Assembly (NCBI GenBank): GCA_977020255.1
Contig: CDROCS010000253.1
Span: 3,720,001 to 3,784,000, forward strand
From: Obrimoposthia wandeli
Taxonomy: Eukaryota
Direction: 5' to 3'
Length of the DNA: 64,000 bases
In this document: positions 1 through 11,233 of the stretch, one piece after another
Layout: the number at the start of each line of letters is the position of its first letter
Position numbering within the stretch: position 1 is the first letter of the stretch
Notes under the pieces: generated by a model
The model's input: the letters and a program-made list of their open reading frames with translations, nothing else
The model's database searches: none
What the model was told of the DNA's origin: nothing
Translations under genes and position numbers: made by a program

Positions 1-98
1 TGTATGAATCGAATGTTCTTGTTGACCATATTGCTAATTTCACTTCTCAACGTGATAAAGAAGTATTAGCTTTTAGTCTTTTAAAAAGTGTTAACAGT

Positions 99-1034
99 AT
101 GATGTCTTGCTCAAACACTAAAATAATTTCTCTTAGCAAACAAGGGGATATACTATTACACATCTCTTTTGAAAATAATCATTGTATTGTTAATGAGCCT
201 ACTGTTGTGATAGATGATGCCTTAATAAGTACTTTTTACCGAATGAATGAATCCTCTCTGGATGAGTACACTTTAAAAAATAAAACCGATTATTCAATAA
301 TACGTTTACTTAATCATGATAGAAAAGGTGAGCAGTTTTTAGTCATCAATTTACGAGATAATATAAGTAAAGCTCATTCGTATATTCTTTCTGGTATTCT
401 TAGTATATACAACAATTTCATTACCTTATTAAATGAATCTCAAACTGATGAATTAACAGGACTTTCCAACAGAAAAACATTTGATTCTGCTATATTAAAA
501 GTTTTTGACAGCCTACCTGAAGAATACGAAACAGTAGAGAATGAAAGAAGATTGTTGAAAAATAAAATAGAGCCTGGTAAAGATAAATATTGGTTAGCAA
601 TCATCGACATTGATGACTTCAAGCGTGTTAATGATGAATATGGTCACTTATATGGTGATGAAATATTAATCCATTTAGCCCAGATTATTCGTTCCAGCTT
701 TAGGCAAAGTGATCTACAATTTCGTTTTGGGGGCGAAGAGTTTGTTATTCTATTAAGAGCAAAAGATAAACAGAAATGTATTCAAGTTTTAGAACGTTTT
801 AGGCGAACAGTAGAAGAATACCATTTTCCAAGTGTCGATAAGATAACGGTTAGTGTTGGCGTAGTCGAATTTAAGCGAGGAACATTCCATGTCACTTTAA
901 TAGATTATGCAGATCAAGCCTTATATAAAAGTAAAAAACAGGGTAAAAATCAAATTACTTTTTTTGAAGATATGTTGAGTGAAGGGCTAGCTAAAAAAAC
1001 TGATATTAAAGGTGGGGATATAGATTTATTTTAA
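99..1034 (+). CDS. diguanylate cyclase (GGDEF domain, uncharacterised N-terminal region)
   Basis: IIDIDDFKRVNDEYGHLYGD and FRFGGEEF motifs; RQSD (RxxD I-site) just before GGEEF. Confidence 0.9.
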   Translation: MMSCSNTKIISLSKQGDILLHISFENNHCIVNEPTVVIDDALISTFYRMNESSLDEYTLKNKTDYSIIRLLNHDRKGEQFLVINLRDNISKAHSYILSGILSIYNNFITLLNESQTDELTGLSNRKTFDSAILKVFDSLPEEYETVENERRLLKNKIEPGKDKYWLAIIDIDDFKRVNDEYGHLYGDEILIHLAQIIRSSFRQSDLQFRFGGEEFVILLRAKDKQKCIQVLERFRRTVEEYHFPSVDKITVSVGVVEFKRGTFHVTLIDYADQALYKSKKQGKNQITFFEDMLSEGLAKKTDIKGGDIDLF

Positions 1035-1375
1035 CTTAATGTTTGAAATACACATAGAAAAGCCGAAGGATTTATTTCAGGGTTACCTAATAAATGGTCA
1101 AATCCATTCAAAATGGATGATGAATATACTACATAAAACCAATCTCACTATGTGATATTATCGACACTCCTCTTCATTGGCGTTAAATGAGGCATACTCA
1201 AACTGATTAAATTCAATGTAAAGTTGAGTCATCATTCATATCAAAGTTGTTAGTATTAAAAGGGGATCCGCGCCCCCTATAACACGACTAAACAGCATCA
1301 CATTATGTTCATTTAGCATAATTTATTGATGATTTAATCTCATTTCATGGCAAAGCAACGTATGGCATGCGTAAT

Positions 1376-1795
1376 TTATTTTGCCTGCCACAATGACTCA
1401 TCGTTATATAACTTATACAAACCATCGGCACGACTAATTAATAAATGAGCAAATTCATTTTGCGTTTCATTCTTTGCTTGTAATAAGTTTTCTGCTTGCA
1501 TTTGCCACTTTAAAGAAAAGTGTCTTAATGCTTCACGGGCATTAGGAGCCACATCAACACTGCTATGATCACTAGGTAAGTCGCCACATAAAACCCAAAA
1601 TTTATTGCCATCTATTGATGTTAATTTCCATAACGCCAATAGCGGTACTAAATAACGGCTTTCTTCTACTTGCACACTCTGTGTAACAACACCTTTTTCG
1701 GCTAAGTATTTTGTAGCAAGCTGATATTGCTTTTTTATCCAATGCTGATGTTGCTCTTTTGTCATCTGTACTGCTTCGGTCATTTTAATTCTCAA
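1376..1795 (-). CDS. DUF4826-like conserved hypothetical protein
   Basis: 139-aa ORF; WVLCGDLPSDH...AREALRHFSLKWQ resembles this Alteromonadales family (recalled, not searched). Confidence 0.6.
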   Translation of the reverse strand: MRIKMTEAVQMTKEQHQHWIKKQYQLATKYLAEKGVVTQSVQVEESRYLVPLLALWKLTSIDGNKFWVLCGDLPSDHSSVDVAPNAREALRHFSLKWQMQAENLLQAKNETQNEFAHLLISRADGLYKLYNDESLWQAK

Positions 1796-2012
1796 TTATT
1801 CGAATGTATCTTGGATTAGTTATTTATAGCAAAGCTCTGTTTGTCATGATTAATTTGCAGATTGTAGCTTTTCGCTTACAGCTAGCATCTTAATATTAAA
1901 TTGTTAATTTTATCAGTGGCTAGCTTGGCTATTTTCTAGGTGCTATCGTGCATTAACAACATTACAACACATTTAAATTGCCTTTTCTAGCAAGAAAAAA
2001 TGGAGAAACACA

Positions 2013-3050
2013 ATGGCTTTATTTGATTTACCTGATTTTGATGACCACGAGCAAGTAGTTTATTGCAGTGATGATGCAAGTGGACTTAAGGCTATTATTG
2101 CCGTACATAGTACCAAACTTGGTGCCGCAGTGGGCGGCTGTAGAATGTGGGATTATGCTAGTGATGAGGAGGCCCTCGTTGATGTTTTACGCTTATCTAA
2201 AGGCATGACGTATAAAAATGCGATGGCTGGTCTTAGCATGGGAGGCGGAAAATCCGTCATTATTGGCGATGCAAAAAAACTTAAATCTGAAGCGTTATTT
2301 AAGGCCTTTGGTGAAGCCTTAAACGGGCTTAATGGACGCTATTTAAGTGCAGAGGATGTTAATATTACTACCAGTGATATTGCTATCGCAAACAGTGTGA
2401 CACCGTTCGTAACAGGCACAGAAGGTAAAAGTGGTAACCCTGCCCCCTTTACTGCCCTTGGAACGTTCCTAGGTATCAAAGCTTCGGTAAAACATAAACT
2501 TAATCGTGATGACCTAACCGGCCTTAAAGTTGCTATTCAAGGCTTAGGTAGCGTAGGTTATTTATTATGTGAGCACCTTCACAAAGCTGGAGCAGAACTT
2601 GTTATTACTGATATCAATCAAACTGCTTTAGACAATGCCGCTACTGAGTTTAACGCGACGGTTGTTGGTTTGGATGAAATATACGATCAAGACGTTGATA
2701 TCTATGCCCCTTGTGCGCTAGGAGCCACTATCAATGATGAAACCCTAAGTCGTTTGAAAGCGAGTATTATTGCTGGCTGTGCCAATAACCAACTAGCAGA
2801 GCCTCGCCATGACCAAGCCTTAGTTGAGCAGGGAATATTATACGCACCCGATTATGTTATTAATGCTGGTGGTATCATCAATGTTTCATTTGAAGATAAT
2901 TATGATAGTGAAAAATCAACTGAAAAGGTTGGCGAGATTTATCACACCTTATTAGATATTTACGCTAAAGCTGATGCTCAAAGTAGACCGACAGGTATTA
3001 TTGCTGATGAAATGGCACGTGAAATTATTAAAAACGGTGGTAAAATATAA
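2013..3050 (+). CDS. ldh: leucine dehydrogenase (Glu/Leu/Phe/Val dehydrogenase family)
   Basis: GGCRM, LSKGMTYKNA, GGGKSVI, GLGSVG NAD-binding and APDYVINAGG motifs; SD GGAGA upstream. Confidence 0.9.
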   Translation: MALFDLPDFDDHEQVVYCSDDASGLKAIIAVHSTKLGAAVGGCRMWDYASDEEALVDVLRLSKGMTYKNAMAGLSMGGGKSVIIGDAKKLKSEALFKAFGEALNGLNGRYLSAEDVNITTSDIAIANSVTPFVTGTEGKSGNPAPFTALGTFLGIKASVKHKLNRDDLTGLKVAIQGLGSVGYLLCEHLHKAGAELVITDINQTALDNAATEFNATVVGLDEIYDQDVDIYAPCALGATINDETLSRLKASIIAGCANNQLAEPRHDQALVEQGILYAPDYVINAGGIINVSFEDNYDSEKSTEKVGEIYHTLLDIYAKADAQSRPTGIIADEMAREIIKNGGKI

Positions 3051-3082
3051 CAGCGTCCACTAAGACTTAACTAGTAGATAAC

Positions 3083-3110
3083 AAAAACCCAGCAATCAGC
3101 TGGGTTTTTT
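3083..3110. terminator. bidirectional intrinsic terminator between ldh and purC
   Basis: AAAAACCCAGC-aatca-GCTGGGTTTTTT between convergent genes. Confidence 0.8.
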
Positions 3111-3131
3111 ATTGAAAATATATTTTATAGC

Positions 3132-4235
3132 TTAATCAATTAACTGATACTGCTCACGCAAAATTTCAATAATTTCGGCTTTAGGATTATCAGATAAAAC
3201 AATTTTTTCACCCGTAATTTTTTCAGCAATATCGGTATAAGTTTTTGAAACATCCATCAGTACTGACAACGGAAGTTTATTATCTCGGGCTAATGCTGCA
3301 CGCTCAGCCATACGATCTTTATTTAATAAAATATCAGCATCTGGAAAGTGATTTAACAATAGCTGTCGGAAACCTTCTTTTGAATTCTCAACGACCTTAC
3401 CTGCTCTATATTGCTCGCCATCCCATATACGTGAAGAATCAGGTGTACCTACTTCATCCATATAAATCAGTTTGTCATCACCATTGATGTCTTTGACATA
3501 ACCAAACTCAAACTTAGTATCAACAAAGACTTGATCTATTTTCGATAAAGCGGCAGAAATAACATCAAAACCTTCGGTAAGTAGTTTTTCATAGCGTGCA
3601 ATATCATCGACTGATTTAAAGTTAAACGCTTCAAAATTATCTTCAATATTTTTACGGGTAATATTAACATCATCAACGGCAGGAACGCCGGGAATGCCTG
3701 TTAATATACCTTTGGTAGAAGGGGTTTGTAGTAACGAAGTTAATTTACTATCCTTTGCTAGTCCTTCAGGTAATTCAATACCACAAAAGTCTCTTTCACC
3801 CTTAGTGTATGAACGCCACATTGAACCGGTGATGTATTGACGACAAATAGCTTCAATCATTACTGGTTTAGCTTTTTGTACAATCCATACAAAGGGGTGT
3901 GGAATATCTAGAATATGGCTATCGGCAAGTCCTTGTTCTTTGAACATTTTAAACCAATGGTTTGATATTGCATTAAGTGCAGCGCCTTTACCAGGCACAC
4001 CACGCATATCATTCTCACCTGACCAGATACAATCAAAAGCTGAAATTCGATCGCTTATCACCATAATAGCTAATGAAGTATCACTGGGAACATCATAGCC
4101 CTTCTCTTCGATAAGACGCTTGCTATCTGTTGCTGTTAACCAATAAACAGAACGTACTTTACCACTGTGTACCGGTGCATCAGTACGGATAGGAAGGTCG
4201 TTATTAACGGCTAAAACTTTATCAGCTAGGTTCAT
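3132..4235 (-). CDS. purC: SAICAR synthase (long Vibrio/Alteromonadales type)
   Basis: [36 protein letters not shown] motifs. Confidence 0.92.
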   Translation of the reverse strand: MNLADKVLAVNNDLPIRTDAPVHSGKVRSVYWLTATDSKRLIEEKGYDVPSDTSLAIMVISDRISAFDCIWSGENDMRGVPGKGAALNAISNHWFKMFKEQGLADSHILDIPHPFVWIVQKAKPVMIEAICRQYITGSMWRSYTKGERDFCGIELPEGLAKDSKLTSLLQTPSTKGILTGIPGVPAVDDVNITRKNIEDNFEAFNFKSVDDIARYEKLLTEGFDVISAALSKIDQVFVDTKFEFGYVKDINGDDKLIYMDEVGTPDSSRIWDGEQYRAGKVVENSKEGFRQLLLNHFPDADILLNKDRMAERAALARDNKLPLSVLMDVSKTYTDIAEKITGEKIVLSDNPKAEIIEILREQYQLID

Positions 4236-4254
4236 AATTATTTCTCTTGATTAT

Positions 4255-4299
4255 TTATTTTGGTTAATTATTTTGGTTAATTATTTTGGGTAATTATTT
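4255..4299. repeat. 13-bp tandem repeat (about 3.5 copies) just upstream of purC
   Basis: TTATTTTGGTTAA at 4255 and 4268, TTATTTTGGGTAA at 4281, partial TTATTT at 4294. Confidence 0.85.
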
Positions 4300-4423
4300 C
4301 AGCATGGATAAAAATTGCTGCTTAACTAACGTTACTTACGGTTTATATCACAAAGGTAAGAAGTGATAGATATAAACTGACTGTAATGAAATAATTTTAG
4401 TTAAACAGTATTCGCTTAAAAAT

Positions 4424-4453
4424 AAAAAGGACGCTATAAAGCGTCCTTTTTTT
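4424..4453 (-). terminator. intrinsic terminator after rplT
   Basis: AAAAAGGACGCT-ataa-AGCGTCCTTTTTT. Confidence 0.8.
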
Positions 4454-4494
4454 CAAGCTTAACTAATATTTTAGTCAAACTTACATTACTATTC

Positions 4495-4854
4495 TTATGC
4501 TGCTAAAGAAGCTTGCGCTTTTTCAACTAAGAAAGTGAATGCTGCTTTATCGTATACTGCGATGTCAGCTAGGATCTTACGATCTATTTCAATAGAAGCC
4601 TTTTTAAGACCATTAATGAATTTACTGTAAGATAAACCATTTTGACGAGCTGCTGCGTTAATACGCGTGATCCAAAGCTGACGGAATTGACGTTTACGTT
4701 GACGACGATCGCGGTAAGCGTACTGACCTGCTTTAGTTACTGCTTGATAAGCAACACGATAAACACGGCTACGTGCTCCGTAATAACCTTTAGCTTGCTT
4801 TAGAACTTTCTTGTGACGTGCACGAGCTTGTACACCACGTTTTACTCTAGCCAT
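4495..4854 (-). CDS. rplT: 50S ribosomal protein L20
   Basis: [30 protein letters not shown]; position after rpmI. Confidence 0.99.
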   Translation of the reverse strand: MARVKRGVQARARHKKVLKQAKGYYGARSRVYRVAYQAVTKAGQYAYRDRRQRKRQFRQLWITRINAAARQNGLSYSKFINGLKKASIEIDRKILADIAVYDKAAFTFLVEKAQASLAA

Positions 4855-4870
4855 TTTCTATCTCTCCTAA

Positions 4871-5065
4871 TTAACCGTGACGTAAAAGTTTTTTAACTGA
4901 CTTAATGTCAGATGCGGCGATCATGCATTTAGCACGAAGATGACGCTTAACTTTAGTACGACGCTTAGTCAAGATATGACGAAGGCCAGCTTGTTTGAAC
5001 TTGTAGCCATTGGCTGTTTTTTTAAAGCGCTTTGCAGCACCTTTATTGGTTTTCATTTTAGGCAT
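4871..5065 (-). CDS. rpmI: 50S ribosomal protein L35
   Basis: [18 protein letters not shown]; start moved from ORF-track 5107 to the ATG at 5065. Confidence 0.97.
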   Translation of the reverse strand: MPKMKTNKGAAKRFKKTANGYKFKQAGLRHILTKRRTKVKRHLRAKCMIAASDIKSVKKLLRHG

Positions 5066-5232
5066 GTGAATAACTCCGCATTTATACCCGTAGGTATTGC
5101 CAAACATTAAGTAGATAGGGCGAAAGTAACCAAGAAAACTTGAATACCTTACTTGTAAGCCTTAACTACAGCGTAAAGATAAAGTTGGTGAATAGGAAAT
5201 ATAAAATTTCCTATTCCTTATAAAACCAAGTT
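5066..5232 (-). promoter_or_regulatory. infC-rpmI spacer, probable L20 autoregulatory region; contains an 11-bp hairpin
   Basis: GAATAGGAAAT/ATTTCCTATTC inverted repeat at about 5190-5216; position matches the L20-controlled rpmI leader known in gammaproteobacteria; pseudoknot not verified. Confidence 0.4.
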
Positions 5233-5790
5233 TTATCTATTTTTAGGGGCTAAGACCATCACCATTTGACGTCCTTCCGCACGACGCGGGAAGAACTCGA
5301 GCACTGTAAGCTCTTCTAAATCGTTTTTAACACGAGTAAGAAGCGCTAAACCAAGCTCTTGGTGGGCCATTTCACGGCCACGGAAACGTAAAGTTACCTT
5401 GACCTTATCGCCGCCTTCTAAAAAGCGTTTCAGGTTGCGTAGTTTTACCTGATAATCGCCTTCATCTGTACCAGGACGGAATTTAATTTCCTTAACCTGT
5501 ATTTGTTTCTGGTTTTTACGTTGTTCTTTCTGCTCTTTCGCTTTTTCGTAGATAAACTTACCGTAATCCATCACACGACAAACCGGGGGCTTAGCAGTAG
5601 GGCTAATTTCAACCAGATCAACACCAGCATCTTCAGCTTGGTCCATTGCTTCATCTAATGTAACGATGCCACCAGGCTCTCCGTCAAACTTAATTAAACG
5701 AACTTCGTTGTCTAGGATATCTGTAATTAACTCATTCAAACGATGAGCTGGCTCTTTACGGCCGCCTCGTTGTCCACCTTTAATAGCCAT
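5233..5790 (-). CDS. infC: translation initiation factor IF-3 (start either ATG 5790 or conserved ATT 5784)
   Basis: [47 protein letters not shown]. Confidence 0.98.
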   Translation of the reverse strand: MAIKGGQRGGRKEPAHRLNELITDILDNEVRLIKFDGEPGGIVTLDEAMDQAEDAGVDLVEISPTAKPPVCRVMDYGKFIYEKAKEQKEQRKNQKQIQVKEIKFRPGTDEGDYQVKLRNLKRFLEGGDKVKVTLRFRGREMAHQELGLALLTRVKNDLEELTVLEFFPRRAEGRQMVMVLAPKNR

Positions 5791-5914
5791 GTTCCTCCAA
5801 AGAACTCTTTTATCTGTTTATTTAATCTCTGCCTTTACGCTATACAATTATAGAAAGGCAGACTATTTTACTTTTATAATGTTATCCGTTGCTAGCTTTA
5901 TTATTAATTAACTA

Positions 5915-7825
5915 TTACTGACGTGTTTTAACTTCATCAGATAATTTAGCAATAAAATCATCAACAGACATTTTTCCTAAGTCTTCACCACTTCGAGTTC
6001 GAACGGATATTTCACCGGATTCCATTTCTTTATCACCAACAACTAATAAATAAGGAACTCGCTTCAAAGTGTGCTCGCGGATTTTAAAGCCTATCTTCTC
6101 ATTTCTCAAGTCTATTTTTGCTCTAAAGCCATTTTCTTTTAGTTTTTTAACAACTTTCTCACAATATGGCGCTTGTTTATCGGTAATATTCATAATTGTG
6201 GTCTGAATAGGCGATAACCATGTTGGAAACTTGCCAGAGAATTCTTCGATTAAAATACCAATAAAACGTTCTAATGAACCTAAAATTGCTCGGTGAATCA
6301 TTACCGGAATATATCTTTCGTTATCTTCACCAACATAAGTTGCACCTAAACGCTCTGGTAAGGCAAAATCAAGTTGTACTGTTCCACATTGCCAAGCACG
6401 ACCTAAACAATCCATTAAAGTGAATTCTATTTTAGGGCCATAAAAAGCGCCTTCACCTGGTAAGTATTCAAAAGCAATATTACTGTCTGTTAATGCTTGT
6501 GCTAAACCAGCTTCTGCTTTATCCCAAATCTCATCACTACCAATACGATTTTCAGGACGGGTAGAAAGCTTAACAACCACATCTTCAAAGCCAAATGAGC
6601 CATAGACGTCATATACCATTTCGATACATTTTTTCACTTCAGCTTGAACTTGTGATTCCATACAGAAAATATGAGCATCATCTTGAGTAAAGCCACGAAC
6701 GCGCATTAAGCCATGTAAAGAGCCTGACGGTTCATTACGGTGACAACAGCCAAATTCAGCAATACGCAATGGTAAATCGCGGTAAGACTTCAAACCTTGG
6801 TTGAAAATTTGAACATGACCAGGACAGTTCATTGGTTTAATGGCGTATTCACGCTTTTCAGAGGTAGTAGTAAACATGCCATCGGCATATTTGTCCCAAT
6901 GTCCTGATTTTTCCCAAAGACTTCTATCCATCATCATTGGCGCTTTAACTTCGTCGTAATCATATTCGTGTAACTTTTCACGAATAAATTTCTCTAACTC
7001 AGTATATATAGTCCAACCATCGTTATGCCAAAACACCATACCTGGCGCTTCTTCTTGCCAATGGAATAAATCTAATGTTTTACCAATTTTACGATGATCA
7101 CGTTTTTCAGCTTCAGCTAAACGTACTATATACGCTTTAAGTTGCTTTTTATCCGCCCATGCTGTGCCATAAATACGTTGCAACATTTTATTATCTGAAT
7201 CGCCACGCCAATAAGCGCCAGCAACTTTCATTAATTTGAAATGATGACAATGACGCATGCTTGGTACATGAGGACCACGACACATATCGATGTATTCTTG
7301 ATGATGATATAAAGCCGGTGTATCTGTTTTCTCGATGTTGTCATCAAGAATAGCTAATTTGTACGTTTCACCACGTTCGGTAAAGGCGTCATAAGCATCT
7401 TGCCAAGAACCCGTTTTCTTAACAACTTCATAACCCGTACGTGCTAATTCAGTCATACGTTTTTCGAGCTTAACTAAATCATCTTCAGTAATTGATTCAT
7501 CAAGGTCAATGTCATAATAAAAGCCATTTTCAATCGTTGGACCGATAGCCATTTTAACATTTGGGTATAACTGCTTTATTGCATGCCCCAATAAATGTGC
7601 ACATGAGTGACGAATGATCTCAAGTCCTTCACTATCTTTACTCGTGATAAGTTGTAAAGAGGCGTCTTGAGTAATTAATTCACAAGCATCAACAAGATTT
7701 CCGTCGATACGGCCAGCAATGGTTGCTTTAGCAAGACCAGGGCCAATATCAAGGGCTACATCCATTATAGATACAGCATTTTCAAAAGAGCGTTGTGAAC
7801 CATCAGGGAGAGTAATTACAGGCAT
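5915..7825 (-). CDS. thrS: threonine--tRNA ligase
   Basis: [59 protein letters not shown]. Confidence 0.99.
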   Translation of the reverse strand: MPVITLPDGSQRSFENAVSIMDVALDIGPGLAKATIAGRIDGNLVDACELITQDASLQLITSKDSEGLEIIRHSCAHLLGHAIKQLYPNVKMAIGPTIENGFYYDIDLDESITEDDLVKLEKRMTELARTGYEVVKKTGSWQDAYDAFTERGETYKLAILDDNIEKTDTPALYHHQEYIDMCRGPHVPSMRHCHHFKLMKVAGAYWRGDSDNKMLQRIYGTAWADKKQLKAYIVRLAEAEKRDHRKIGKTLDLFHWQEEAPGMVFWHNDGWTIYTELEKFIREKLHEYDYDEVKAPMMMDRSLWEKSGHWDKYADGMFTTTSEKREYAIKPMNCPGHVQIFNQGLKSYRDLPLRIAEFGCCHRNEPSGSLHGLMRVRGFTQDDAHIFCMESQVQAEVKKCIEMVYDVYGSFGFEDVVVKLSTRPENRIGSDEIWDKAEAGLAQALTDSNIAFEYLPGEGAFYGPKIEFTLMDCLGRAWQCGTVQLDFALPERLGATYVGEDNERYIPVMIHRAILGSLERFIGILIEEFSGKFPTWLSPIQTTIMNITDKQAPYCEKVVKKLKENGFRAKIDLRNEKIGFKIREHTLKRVPYLLVVGDKEMESGEISVRTRSGEDLGKMSVDDFIAKLSDEVKTRQ

Positions 7826-7844
7826 GTTTTTTCCTTATTCAGTG

Positions 7845-7865
7845 GCGGCGCACACGAAGCGTCGC
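7845..7865 (-). promoter_or_regulatory. thrS translational operator, tRNA-Thr anticodon-arm mimic
   Basis: minus strand GCGACGC-UUCGUGU-GCGCCGC: 7-nt loop with CGU at the anticodon position, followed by CACUG and the SD, as in the E. coli thrS operator domain 2. Confidence 0.8.
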
Positions 7866-8211
7866 TTGAGTTTTAATAGTTAAAAATAAATAGTATTAGC
7901 CGTTGCGTCCTGCAATAGCTTAATCATGTTCATCCTGAACATAAAAAAGAGCACATAGCTCTTTGTTTAGAATTCGGTTTTTCTGCGGACGATTGTAAAA
8001 GCCTTACCCTTTTTAAACAAGGGTTTTCAACAAGGTTTGAATAATTAACACGGCTTATAGGCGCTTTAAATTCTACTCTGGTCAAAACTATCCTTTAACA
8101 AAGTTATGTCTATACAATAAATGACAACACTATTAGCGCCGAATCTGCATAGCACTTTAGCGTAAAATCAGTAATACTATTGTTCAATAATTTAATAACC
8201 AGCTGAATTTA

Positions 8212-8934
8212 GTGAACAAAACGTCCCTTCTTATCATACTACTACTTTTTAGTTGTCTACATTTAGCATATGCCGCACAAGTCCCATGGAAGTTATGGAA
8301 AAAAAGCAGCGCTCAAAGTGTTAGTTATCGTCCCGCTATAATAGATAACCAAACTGACGACAAACTCATTGAAATTAAAGCGACAGCGACAGTCCATTCA
8401 AGTATTTCTGGATTTTTATGTTTTTTACAAGATGTTGATAACACGAAAAATTGGTTAGTTAATACCAGTGAAAGTAAAATAATAAAGCAACACTCAACGA
8501 AAGAAAGTAGCTTCTATATAAAATTAACTAAAATCTGGCCATTACAAGCCAGAATTTTAATACTCAATTCTACTTATTGGCAAAACGATGACCTAAGTGT
8601 TGAAATCAAATTAACCGATGCAAATGCAGTAAGCGTTAAAAACTACATGCTTTCGGCTGCGGACAATGTAGACGATTATTTACAAGTGAAAGTCCATAAT
8701 GCCCATTGGAAAATAATACCTAAGCTCTCCGCAGGTGAAGGTACTGAGATTACTATTGAATATATTTTTATCGCTGATGGCCGAGGAGACACACCAAAGT
8801 GGTTGGCTGATCATTTAGCACTTAAATCTATTTGGAAAAGTATACGTAATATTAGGCGTCAATTACCTGAAGAAGAATGGCAACAACAAACCGTTAAAGG
8901 TATTACTGAGTTATCTGTAATACCTTTAACATAA
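8212..8934 (+). CDS. START/SRPBCC-like lipid-binding protein with signal peptide
   Basis: hydrophobic N-terminus; KNWLVNT, IWPLQAR, EYIFIADGRGDTPKWL resemble bacterial START domains. Confidence 0.6.
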   Translation: MNKTSLLIILLLFSCLHLAYAAQVPWKLWKKSSAQSVSYRPAIIDNQTDDKLIEIKATATVHSSISGFLCFLQDVDNTKNWLVNTSESKIIKQHSTKESSFYIKLTKIWPLQARILILNSTYWQNDDLSVEIKLTDANAVSVKNYMLSAADNVDDYLQVKVHNAHWKIIPKLSAGEGTEITIEYIFIADGRGDTPKWLADHLALKSIWKSIRNIRRQLPEEEWQQQTVKGITELSVIPLT

Positions 8935-8983
8935 TCAGCTAATTAATGTGCTTGCGCTAATGTACTTGCTCTATTACTTTCAG

Positions 8984-10663
8984 CTACTGTTCAGCGATTA
9001 TGGCTAATGCCATTGCCTCTGCGATTTTAATACCGTCAATACCGGCAGACAAAATTCCACCCGCGTAACCCGCACCCTCGCCAGCAGGATACAAACCTTG
9101 CGTATTAAGACTTTGTAAGGTCTCTTTATCACGCGTAATTTGAATAGGTGACGAAGTTCTAGTTTCTACTGCGGTTAATGTTGCTTCCGCCATTGAAAAA
9201 CCTTTAATTTTCTTATCAAAAGCAGGCAATGCTTCTCGAATAGCGGCTATTGCATAATCAGGTAAGGTTTCACTTAAATCGCAGTAAGTAACACCAGGTT
9301 TATATGATGGAGCAACACTACCGTGATCGCCACTTTTACGTCCTGCTAGGAAATCTCCTACAAGCTGTACCGGTGCATCATAATTTTCGCCACCCACTTT
9401 AAACGCTTTTTCTTCTAATTTACGTTGGAATTCCATACCGGCAAGCACATAATCTCTATCTGAAGCAAATTCACTGGTGATGAAATCTTCCGGTTCAATA
9501 CCAACAACAATAGCACTATTCGCATTACGTTCAAGACGAGAGTATTGACTCATACCATTGGTCACTAAACGGCCCTCTTCCGAAGCGGCGGCAACAACCG
9601 TTCCTCCTGGACACATACAAAAACTATAAACCGAACGACCATTACTACAATGGTGAACTAACTTGTAATCTGCAGAGCCTAAGATTTCATTACCAGCATT
9701 ATTGCCAAAGCGTGCTTCATCAATAACTGCTTGCTCGTGTTCAATACGAAAGCCAACAGAGAAGGGTTTTGCTTTCATGTAAACACCTTCATCGAATAAC
9801 ATACTAAAGGTATCACGAGCACTATGACCAATGGCTAAAGCAATATGATTAGTCTCAATATGATCACCATTAGAGAGCGTTAAACCCGTCACTTTTTTGT
9901 TTTGATAACCTTCAATACCTTCTGCTGTACACTCAGTACCGTCAACATCAGTAAAGTGAATTTTATCGACTCGCTGGTTAAATCGAACTTCACCGCCTAA
10001 TTCAAAAATTTTGGCGCGCATTTTTTCAACCATAGTGACTAATTTAAACGTACCAATATGCGGCTTACTTACATAAAGAATTTCTTCAGGCGCACCCGCC
10101 GCAACAAATTCATGGAGAACTTTACGACTGTAATGCTTAGGATCTTTAACTTGGCTATAAAGCTTACCGTCTGAAAATGTACCTGCACCACCTTCACCAA
10201 ACTGCACATTAGATTCAGTATTTAATATTTTTTTCCGCCAAAAACCAAAAGTGTCTTTGGTACGTTGTCTCACTTCTTGACCGCGTTCTAACACAATAGG
10301 ATTAAAGCCCATTTGTGCCAACACTAAACCTACAAATAAACCACAGGGTCCCATACCAATAACAACAGGACGATTTTTAAGGTTCTTTGGTGCTTGGCTA
10401 ACAAATTTATAAGCCATATCTGGCGTTGCTTTTACTTGAGTATCATCACTAAAGGTTGCCAGCAGCGTTTCGTTAACATTTGTTTCAACATCAAGGGTAT
10501 AAATCAGGAAAATACTATTTTTCTTACGTGCATCATAACCACGTTTAAACACGGTGAAATTAATTAACTGAACGTCTTTAATCGATAGTTTAGATAAAAT
10601 AGCTTGTTCAAGTTCGTGCTCTTGATGGTCAAGCGCGAGTTTAATATTGGTTAAACGAATCAT
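8984..10663 (-). CDS. uncharacterised FAD-dependent oxidoreductase
   Basis: VIGMGPCG dinucleotide motif; QFGEGGAGTFSDGKL, FCMCPGG, GEGAGYAGGILSAG. Confidence 0.85.
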   Translation of the reverse strand: MIRLTNIKLALDHQEHELEQAILSKLSIKDVQLINFTVFKRGYDARKKNSIFLIYTLDVETNVNETLLATFSDDTQVKATPDMAYKFVSQAPKNLKNRPVVIGMGPCGLFVGLVLAQMGFNPIVLERGQEVRQRTKDTFGFWRKKILNTESNVQFGEGGAGTFSDGKLYSQVKDPKHYSRKVLHEFVAAGAPEEILYVSKPHIGTFKLVTMVEKMRAKIFELGGEVRFNQRVDKIHFTDVDGTECTAEGIEGYQNKKVTGLTLSNGDHIETNHIALAIGHSARDTFSMLFDEGVYMKAKPFSVGFRIEHEQAVIDEARFGNNAGNEILGSADYKLVHHCSNGRSVYSFCMCPGGTVVAAASEEGRLVTNGMSQYSRLERNANSAIVVGIEPEDFITSEFASDRDYVLAGMEFQRKLEEKAFKVGGENYDAPVQLVGDFLAGRKSGDHGSVAPSYKPGVTYCDLSETLPDYAIAAIREALPAFDKKIKGFSMAEATLTAVETRTSSPIQITRDKETLQSLNTQGLYPAGEGAGYAGGILSAGIDGIKIAEAMALAIIAEQ

Positions 10664-10810
10664 TCTTTGAGATCCAGCATAGGAAGAGTAATATTTTTCA
10701 CTATTTTACCTGTACGCCATCATTTTAGAAACAAGAGATTGAATTTGCTCTCAACAAAGGTATGATCCACACCACTATTAAGACAAAAATTAACAGATTT
10801 AGATAAAGCC

Positions 10811-11146
10811 ATGACATTTGTAGTAACTGATAACTGTATATTATGTAAATACACTGACTGTGTCGCAGTGTGCCCAGCCGATGCCTTTTATGAAGGACCT
10901 AATTTTCTCGTTATTAGCCCGGATGATTGTATTGATTGTGATCTATGCCCCGTTGAGTGTCCTGCAGGTGCTATTTACCAAGAAGATGACGTACCCGCAG
11001 ACCAACAAGAATTTATTGAACTTAATGCCGAACTATCAAAGCTCTGGCCTAGGATCACCGAAGTTAAAGCACCACTAAAAGAGGCAAAAAAATGGGATGG
11101 CGTCACTGATAAAATACAGTATTTAGAGACTCAATCAGATGATTAA
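10811..11146 (+). CDS. fdxA: FdxA-type (7Fe) ferredoxin
   Basis: [22 protein letters not shown] and [12 protein letters not shown] cysteine patterns. Confidence 0.9.
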   Translation: MTFVVTDNCILCKYTDCVAVCPADAFYEGPNFLVISPDDCIDCDLCPVECPAGAIYQEDDVPADQQEFIELNAELSKLWPRITEVKAPLKEAKKWDGVTDKIQYLETQSDD

Positions 11147-11233
11147 CATTACCAGGTAAATATTCCGTGTCCAGACAACACTCTGTGGGAAAACAGCTAT
11201 ACTAAAAACATATAATTACCCTTGGAGATAACT

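Noticed and set aside
1035-1375. possible sRNA or degenerate MITE in the 340-bp convergent spacer
   Set aside because: Weak terminal similarity and one small hairpin only; not enough to call.
8984-11146. functional pairing of the FAD oxidoreductase with divergent fdxA
   Set aside because: Adjacency only; no shared motif or other support in the sequence.
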